A stretch of 64,000 bases of DNA from Macrostomum lignano (lineage: Eukaryota), in NCBI GenBank assembly GCA_002269645.1, contig NIVC01000957.1:186001-250000 (forward strand), given 5' to 3'. The translations under genes were made by a program, and so were the position numbers. This document shows positions 55,999-64,000 of this stretch, one piece after another. The stretch's first letter is position 1; every line of letters begins with the position of its first letter. The notes beneath the pieces were generated by a model that ran no database searches, was not told where the DNA came from, and saw nothing but the letters and a program-made list of their open reading frames with translations.

Positions 55999-58900
55999 TC
56001 AGCAGACATTCGGACAGGCGAACTGCTGCACAAAAGCGTACGCCAGAAACAGCAGGTAGAGCAGCAGCAGAACTGCCGCCACCGCCTTGCCGATTTTCAT
56101 TCGAGCAGCGCAGATGATGCTCAGAGTGATGGCCAGGACTATGATCAGAATAATGCCGAATTTCACGTGCACCATCATCCGCATTTTTCCCTCGCAATAG
56201 TTGCGCTGCAATCAAAATCGTAATACGAGTATGTACTAAGAGCATGGCATAAAATAAATGCAAATAGCAAATTTTTCAGGAGGGTCGCGGACATCCTGAC
56301 GCAACGCCTAATCACCAGCGTTCTCAGACACAGGAATTAGGAGAACAGAGGGAGGGTGAAATGGAGAAACATCTGGGGGAAGAGCTGTGGGTATTGAATT
56401 ATTACGATAAGAAGAAGACGGTCTTAAGACAACAAGACGCAAGTAAGATAGATTGAAACTGCATGCATCCAAAATGCCTGCAATCAAAACTTGACCTACA
56501 GCAGTCAACAGAAAGATATCGAGAATCAAGCACCGACCAAGAAGGATTTCCTCGGTGTTTAAAAATCCCATTATTACGAGTAAATATGTACATCCGGGAT
56601 CTGCTTTAAGTACCGTTCATTTCATATACTCGTTTAGCTCCCACTCAGGGAAGGCTGTCAATCTGTCCTCGACCCTCACCCGCTCGTCCTCGCTGAACAC
56701 GTCAAGCGGTTCTGCTTTGTTGATGAGGAGCCGCACGAAGAAGGGCAGCCCGAGGCCCAGGTCGATGTCGAAAACATTGGAACCGATTGCGTTGGAGACC
56801 GCCATGTCGGCGAAGCCGTCCCTGGCCACTATGATGGAGCTCAGCAGGTCCTGGGCGGTGTGTCAAGGGACATTTATTCGGTAGATTTTCTTTTGTAAAA
56901 TAAATAGAGATTTTAAGAATGCACGTCCTGGATTTCCTTAGAGTGCATCCTACAAACCAGGGTAGATCAAGGCCGGAACAGCACAGCACACTACTCTCGC
57001 GCCATGTCCCTTCATTCATTTGTGGCATGTGCTCAAAATCGGTCAGGGGGTTGTCATGCGACTCAGCCATGAGGTGCCAACCCCTAGGCGCAGACTGTGT
57101 ACATGCCTGATGATTAGGAAGTCAGGGCTGCTATGTACACCCTGTGTGAGCGTGCGTGCCTGCGTACAGTATTGGCGGGCTGGTGTGTGCTCAGTAGTCA
57201 GTGGGACGATGTCGCCGAAGGCCTTGCGCCAGGGCACCCACTGCACTCCTGCAGTTATAATATATCATCCGGTAGGCTAAAGTACGCCTCGCACTTAAAT
57301 ATGAGGACATTTTGTTACTTTCCCCACATCCAGGATCGTCTTCAAAAAGCATAAACATAAACAAAATCAATGCAAAGGTGGAACCGGAACTCACCGGAAT
57401 GCTGGTGCCAGCGGCTAGAACGGTGATGGCCATCACGAAGGTGTCAACGCCAAGCAAGCAGCCGAGTCTCGCAACGACTGTCACCATGCCGAAGGAGACG
57501 CCGGCGATCCACAGCACCGAGACGAAGAAGCTCACAAGGAAGTACTTTCTGGAGTGTCGGGAGTCGGTTCTATGCAGAGTAAATTTGCAACTAAGGGCAT
57601 CCTAGCAACCAGAGTACCAAAAAACCAGAGTATCATAGCAACCAGAGTACCATAAAAACCAGAGTATCATAGCAACCAGATTGTCATAGCAACCAGAGTA
57701 CCGTAGCAACCAGAGTATCATAGCAACCAGAGTATCATAGGAACCAGATTGCCATGGAAACCAGAGCTTCAAGTCTCACTTGAGATGCGGCCTCGAGCAG
57801 TCGGGAATGGTCAAGCTGTACGCAACAATGAACGGAAAAGCCAGAACAAAGACCATCCACTTGAGCACGTAGATCAGCCAGTCTCCGCAGCTCATGCTAT
57901 CGCTTCGCTGAGGCGGCGAGCATCGGATGTCCGGGCAGCAGAAGCAGCAGCAGCTCATCCGGGCCACCTCGTCGTCGTCCTGAACCTCTTGAGCCCTGTC
58001 CACCTCCGCCAACGCCAGGCCCGCGATTGAGTCCGCCGTGACCGACAGCGCCTCCGAGCCGTCGCGATTCGTCGCCTCCTGCAGTTTTTGTTCAGAGGTG
58101 CGCTTTTGCTACTTACAGTAGAATAGGTGGGACGCAGCGCTGTCTCAGTATGTATCGGTGCCTGTCTTGATGTGTGTCGGTGTCTGTCTTGGTGTGTGTC
58201 GGTGTCTGTCTTGATGTGTATTGGTGTCTGTCTTGATGTGTATTGGTGTCTGTCTGTCTTGACGTGTATCGGTGTCTGTCTTGATGTGTATTGGTGTCTG
58301 TCTGTCTTGATGTGTATTGGTGTCTGTCTGTCTTGACGTGTATCGGTCTGTATTCATGTGTATCGGTGTCTGTCTTGATGTGTATCGGTTTCGGCGGCGA
58401 CATCTGTTAGTGTCGCTTTCATAAGACCGAGATTTCACAATTTCGAAAGACACTTGCCTTCACAAGACCGAAACTTCATAAAACCGAAATTTAAAATTGT
58501 TGAAAACCTTATATATCAAAGATCATGCAGTAGTTTTTTGATGTGAAAATTCCTGTCTTTTGAAGCACTCAGCTGTGTGGCCGTGAAATGTACGAGCTCG
58601 TAACGCCTATTTGCGTTGCGTCACTGTTGCTGACTTGAGAGACTTCAAGGGGGTCGGTTGAGATGCTCAGTTTTCGTGGGAAAGACTGAGAGTTCAAGGC
58701 TCATGCAGGATGTATTACACTGATATGCAAGGTCTTAGGATAGGTAAGAAAAAATAGTGTTTACTTTAGTGCGTTTACTCAGCACGATCTAACTGACGCA
58801 CTTATTCCCTAATCCAAAGACACCAGGTTGAGCAGTTAAAAATGTCAAAATTTCGTGCAATACCAACGAAAATATGTAGATACAGTAGGGATGTCTTTTC

Positions 58901-61900
58901 CATCGTAGCAGCCACTACTCCATCAGATAATTCGCTTTTTAGAACTCCAAGTAGGAGGCATGCTCATACCTCCTGGATGGTGTTGATGCCGTTCAACTGA
59001 CCAGGCGGACTCGCCAGCAGGCTGATGGCCGTGGTCGGCGAATCAGTTGAGCCCGTCGTGTCGGTCGAGAGTCGTTCGTGTTGCCTCCTGGCTCGAGGAG
59101 ATTTCAGGAATTTGAGCTCGCAGTCGATTGTCTTCCTCTAATTTGTCTAGTGTAAGGTGCTAGGTCTTCTCTGTGCTCACCTGTTCCCTCCCCTGTGATA
59201 CTCACCTGTTCCCTCCCCTGTGATACTCACGCTGTTCCCTCCCCTGTGATACTCACCTGTTCCCTCCCCTGTGATACTCACGCTGTTCCCTCCCCTGTGA
59301 TACTCACCTGTTCCCTCCCCTGTGATACTCACCTGTTCCCTCCCCTGTGAAACTCACCTGTTCCTTCCCCTGTAATACTCACCTGTTTCCTCCCCTGTGA
59401 AACTCACCTGTTCCTTCCCCTGTAATACTCACCTGTTTCCTCCCCTGTGAAACTCACATGTTCCCTCCCCTGTGAAACTCACCCTGTTCCCTCCCCTGTG
59501 ATACTCACCTGTTCCCTCCCCTGTGATACTCAACTGTTCAATCCCCTGTGAAACTCACCTGTTCCCTCCCCTGTGAAACTCACCCTGTTCCCTCCCCTGT
59601 GATACTCACCTGTTCCCTCCCCTGTGATACTCAACTGTTCAATCCCCTATGTGATGCTCACCTGTTCCTCCCCAGTGCCTCACCTGTTGTCCCCGACTGA
59701 CGCACTACCGTGCAGATTCTGCAGTTCCGTCTCGCTCAGCTTGGCAGCGCTGTTGTGGCAGGTGCTGCGCACCCCGCTGTCCGGCTGCCGCTCAGCCTTG
59801 TCGGTCTGGACGGCGTTTGAGCAATTTGGCGTCGGCGGTGGCAAAGGCTGCTGGACAGAGGAGTCCACCTTAGTTTCGACGGGTTGAAAAAAACACCGAG
59901 TGTCACTGTCACCGAGAGTCACTGTCACCGAGTGTCACTGTCACCGAGAGTCACTGTCACCGAGTGTCACTGTCACCGAGTGTCACTGTCACCGAGTGTC
60001 ACTGTCACCGAGTGTCACTGTCACCGAGTGTCACTGTCACCGAGAGTCACTGTCACCGAGTGTCACTGTCACCGAGAGTCACTGTCACCGAGTGTCACTG
60101 TCACTAAGTGTCACTGTCACCGAGTGTCACTGTCACCGAGAGTCACTGTCACCGAGTGTCACTGTCACCGAGAGTCACTGTCACCGAGTGTCACTGTCAC
60201 CGAGAGTCACTGTCACCGAGTGTCACTGTCACCGAGAGTCACTGTCACCGAGTGTCACTGTCACCGAGAGTCACTGTCACCGAGAGTCACTGTCACCGAG
60301 AGTCACTGTCACCGAGAGTCACTGTCACCGAGAGTCACTGTCACCGAGTGTCACTGTCACCGAGAGTCACTGTCACCGAGAGTCACTGTCACCGAATGTC
60401 ACTTGAACTAAATCTCTATTAACTTAAATTGCCTCGAACTCCAATGGACTCCTCGATACTACTGACTAAATAGCTGTACAGGGACACGAAGCCAAAGTTG
60501 AGTCCACCCGCCCACAGTCTCACCGTGAGGCTCTTGCGCCTCCAACTCGACTCGCCGTGCAGACTCTGGCGGGAGCCGCTGAGCAGCAGGGAGTTCCGCC
60601 TGTCGTGCCTGAAGACCCGCTGGCTGCTGCGAATGCTGGAGCTCGACTCCGAGGCCAGCTGCGGGAGAGTTCCGGCACTTGAGTCCGGCTTGCGGAGCTT
60701 GAAGACTGGAGGGGATGGGTGGGTGGAGTCCCAGGTGTCCTGGGGGGATGGGTGGAGTCCCAGGTGTGTTGTGGGGGTTGGGTGGAGTCCCAGGTGTGCT
60801 GTGGGGTGATGGGTGGAGTCCCAGTTGTGCTGTGGGGGGATGGGTGGAGTCCCAGGTGTGCTGTGGGGGGATGGGTGGAGTCCCAGGTGTGCTGTGGGGG
60901 GATGGGTGGGTGGAGTCCCAGGTGTGCTGTGGGGGGATGGGTGGAGTCCCAGGTGTGCTGTGGGGTGATGGGTGGAGTCCCAGTTGTGCTGTGGGGGGAT
61001 GGGTGGAGTCCCAGGTGTGCTGTGGGGGGATGGGTGGGTGGAGTCCCAGGTGTGCTGTGGGGGGATGGGTGGAGTCCCAGGTGTGCTGTGGGGTGATGGG
61101 TGGAGTCCCAGTTGTGCTGTGGGGGGATGGGTGGAGTCCCAGGTGTGCTGTGGGGGGATGGGTGGGTGGAGTCGCAGGTGTGCTGTGGGGGGATAGGTGG
61201 GTGGAGTCCCAGGTGTGCTGTGGGGGGATGGGTGGGTGGAGTCCCAGGTGTGCTGTGGGGGATGTGTGGAGTCCCAGATGTGCTGTGGGGGATGGGTGGA
61301 GTCCCAGGTGTGCTGTGGGGGGATAGGTGGGTGGAGTCCCAGGTGTGCTGTGGGGGGGATGGGTGGGTGGAGGTTGGTGGAGTCCCAGGAAAGAATAATT
61401 GAAAGTCCGTGATATTTGGAAACCGAATAAAAGCAAGGAAAAGTGAGGTTTCGCGATGAATTTACATGCTAATAACTTATAAGTTTACCATTTTATGAAC
61501 TGTAAACATGAACAGGTGTAAAATAAAATAATTGTGATTTCACCCTCTTTAAGTCCCTGACGGCTCACCGTTTGATATCGGCTTGGAGTCTGGGTGCATG
61601 AAATAAAATACATGTGGTCCAAGTGCTGTTCCTGTTGTTCCTGACCTTGGAGCTTTTTATAATAGTTTGTATTTAACTATAGCTTCAATGTTCCGGTATC
61701 CTAAAAAAGCACTGGCTCACCTCTCTAGGTCTCCCTGGCTGGGAGGCTGCGGAGCCGTCTACTGGCTGCATCTGCGCCTCCATGTCTGTCGGCTTGACCT
61801 TTGTTCTGAAAGAAATTTTTGTGACAGAATTTTTCCAGAGTGCTGTGGGTATTGTTGAACTGTCACTCTCTCAGTGCCGGGTATGTCACTCTCTCAGTGC

Positions 61901-64000
61901 CGGGTATGTCACTCTCTCAGTGCCGGGTATGTCACTCTCTCAGTGCCGGAACTGTCACTCTCTCATTGCCAGAACTGTCACTCTCTCAGTGCCGGAACTG
62001 TCACTCTCTCATTGCCAGAACTGTCACTCTTTCAGTGCCGGAACTGTCACTCTCTCAGTGCCGGAACTGTCACTCTCTCATTGCCAGAACTGTCACTCTC
62101 TCAGTGCCGGAACTGTCACTCTCTCAGTGCCCGAACTGTCACTCTCAGTGCCCGAACTGTCACTCTCTCAGTGCCCGAACTGTCACTCTCTCAGTGCCAT
62201 AACTGTCACACTCAGTGTCATAATTGTCAGTGCCAGTCAGAGCCCAGCACAAGGCTTCAATCCTCACCCCCTGCCGCACACGAACTGCTCAAGGTCGGCG
62301 AGCTTCTCCATGAGTCGCTGGTTGAACACCATGATAACAATGTACAGAGCGTACAGACTCAGCAGGATCGCAGCCTCCCAGATCTGCGTCAGGCTGTCCA
62401 TCACCATGATGATGAAATATATCACAGATACCAAGTACCAAACTGAGTCTCTGAACAGAGGCCGCCAGTCCAGCTTCAGCACCTGAGTTGAAATGTTTGC
62501 TACTATGGCTTAGTATTATGAATTTCTTTAAGCACATTAACAATGAACCGCAGGATTCACCTTTCCAGCGAATGTGGCACTGAAGGACACGATGATCAGC
62601 AGGTTGAAAACTGCAGAGCTGCAATTCGTGTTTGGATTGGGTTGTGCTGGATTGGAGAGTGACTCTCAATGGATTGGAGAGTGACTCTCAATGGATTGGA
62701 GAGTGATTATCAATGGATTGGAGAGTGACTCTCAATGGATTGGAGAGTGATTCTCAATGGATTTGAGAGTGATTCTCAATGGATTGGAGAGTGACTCTCA
62801 ATGGATTGGAGAGTGATTCTCAATGGATTTGAGAGTGATTCTCAATGGATTGGAGAGTGACTCTCAATGGATTAGAGAGAGAGATTCTCAATGGATTGGA
62901 GAGTGATTCTCAATGGATTAGAGAGTGATTCTCAATGGATTGGAGAGTGACTCTCAATGGATTAGAGAGTGATTCTCAATGGATTGGAGAGTGATTCTCA
63001 ATGGATTACAGAGTAATTCCCGCGGGTTTTCCAGCCCCCAAAACCTCACCCGGCAATGGTGCCCACGCCTGCGTCAGAGTCCATGGCAACCGCCGACATG
63101 GAGCTGAACAGCTCGGGAGCCGAGGACCCGGCCGCCATGAAAGTTGCCCCGGCCACGTCCTCGGACAGCTTGAGCTTCTCGGAGATCGCCTCCAGCGACG
63201 GCACAAAGAAGTCGTCACAGACGATGGCTACCGCTGGAGTTTGAGAGTCACAAGGGCGCCAAATTGAGTGTCACAAAGGCGCCAAAAATTGAGTGTCACA
63301 GATCCTGACCCCCGGTGCAGGCAGTGCTAAAAGTGCTCCGTTAGTCTGCTCAGTTTGAAGAAGTGAAGCGTGAGGATGCGGCTTTATTGCTATGTGCTGT
63401 CAGGATTGTAAAAGCCAAGGTTTCAAAGGCTTGCGTTATGGAGTCTTCCACAAAGGTTTGTGTAGTGCTAAGAAATTTCAAGTATGGCGCTCTGATGCAT
63501 CAGCGGTCCAGGATCGATTCCAAGTGCAGCCATATTAATTTGGAGCCAAATTGGAATCTCGGCTTGTCTCTGTTCGTGCAATCATCGCCCTGTACATGCC
63601 TAACGATAAATAAGTTGGAGTCGCTGTACACTCCTGTGTGAGTTTGTGCCTGTGCGTATGACTGCGTACGTATCCGCAGGGAAGTCGGCGGAATGGGAAG
63701 TAACGCCTCTCACCGGTTGCGACAATGTCGCTTAAAGTGCTTAAGCGCTAGAGTGCACACAGCCCCTGACTCTAACTAAAACAACATTGAGTGCCAGTTC
63801 GAAAAACTTTTAGCAACCCCTAGGACGCCATTTTAAACAAAAGCATTTTTTATGACAACAGATTTTAAGCACTAGTTTGAACTAACCAATAAAGGTGACA
63901 ACCGTCAGGAAGATGTACAGCGCAATGAAGGCACTGCCGAGGCCAGTAGCCTTCTCGGCGTCGCAGGACTCCAACGACACCGCCGGCTTTGGCGCGGGCT
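55999..64000 (-). CDS. K+-dependent Na+/Ca2+ exchanger (NCKX/SLC24 family), 5' end beyond the window. Exons: >64000-63887, 63233-63050, 62618-62561, 62482-62268, (61805-61721), (~61645-61569), 60705-60524, 59868-59684, 59087-58970, 58078-57780, 57548-57395, 56850-56680, 56205-55999
   Basis: Alpha-1 repeat [32 protein letters not shown]; alpha-2 repeat [26 protein letters not shown] with the K+-determining Asp; [10 protein letters not shown]; phases compatible except around 61569-61805. Confidence 0.93.
57603..57765. repeat. 17-bp minisatellite (AGCAACCAGAGTATCAT), NCKX intron
   Basis: Direct periodicity. Confidence 0.9.
58150..58388. repeat. 22/26-bp minisatellite (GTGTATCGGTGTCTGTCTTGAT), NCKX intron
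   Basis: Direct periodicity. Confidence 0.9.
59172..59690. repeat. 25-bp minisatellite (CTCACCTGTTCCCTCCCCTGTGATA), ~20 copies, NCKX intron
   Basis: Direct periodicity; the unit contains the reverse complement of CAG|GTGAGT. Confidence 0.95.
59897..60402. repeat. 16-bp minisatellite (GTCACTGTCACCGAGW), NCKX intron
   Basis: Direct periodicity. Confidence 0.95.
60715..61385. repeat. ~30-bp G-rich minisatellite (GGGTGGAGTCCCAGGTGTGCTGTGGGGGGAT), NCKX intron
   Basis: Direct periodicity. Confidence 0.95.
61858..62230. repeat. ~23-bp minisatellite (CTGTCACTCTCTCAGTGCCGGAA), NCKX intron
   Basis: Direct periodicity. Confidence 0.92.
62647..63008. repeat. 22-bp minisatellite (ATGGATTGGAGAGTGATTCTCA), NCKX intron
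   Basis: Direct periodicity. Confidence 0.95.

Noticed and set aside
57043-57246. Extra NCKX exon ([14 protein letters not shown]..)
   Set aside because: Phase 1 start is incompatible with the phase-0 flanking exons, and it overlaps a dispersed repeat motif.
59172-59690. Recursive-splicing ratchet points (AG|GT in each unit)
   Set aside because: No polypyrimidine tract precedes the AG and the intron is short; retained only as decoy donors.

Overview
Eukaryotic (metazoan) genomic DNA with spliced GT-AG genes, GC-rich exons and a different minisatellite in most introns. This architecture is most consistent with a free-living flatworm such as Macrostomum lignano (inference, not verified). No prokaryotic features or CRISPR arrays. 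Genes reconstructed exon by exon: fibrinogen-domain protein (+, 3' part), an unknown coiled-coil protein and an unknown 229-aa ORF (-), a co-oriented minus-strand housekeeping cluster RPS12 > NF-YC > MRPS6 > MRPL3, a secreted PAN/C-type lectin (+), a neuropeptide prohormone with 17 KR-flanked FDPL(S/Y)GM copies (+), glutamate carboxypeptidase II/NAALADase (-), a peripherin/ROM1-like tetraspanin (+), a mucin-stalk/CUB-like type I membrane protein (+) and an NCKX (SLC24) exchanger (-, runs off the right edge). Mobile DNA: a 5'-truncated 5-kb APE-RT-RNaseH LINE (LOA/R1 group) inserted in a minisatellite with a 12-bp TSD, a hAT MITE with an 8-bp TSD, two CAxGG-ended MITEs with 8-bp TSDs (P-like), two fold-back palindromes, a tRNA-derived CORE-type SINE and a probable solo LTR. 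Most long ORFs in the ORF track over repeats are artefacts. Best candidates for new biology: the prohormone, intronic arrays built from splice-site copies, the operon-like cluster and the ATG-less MRPS6 start.
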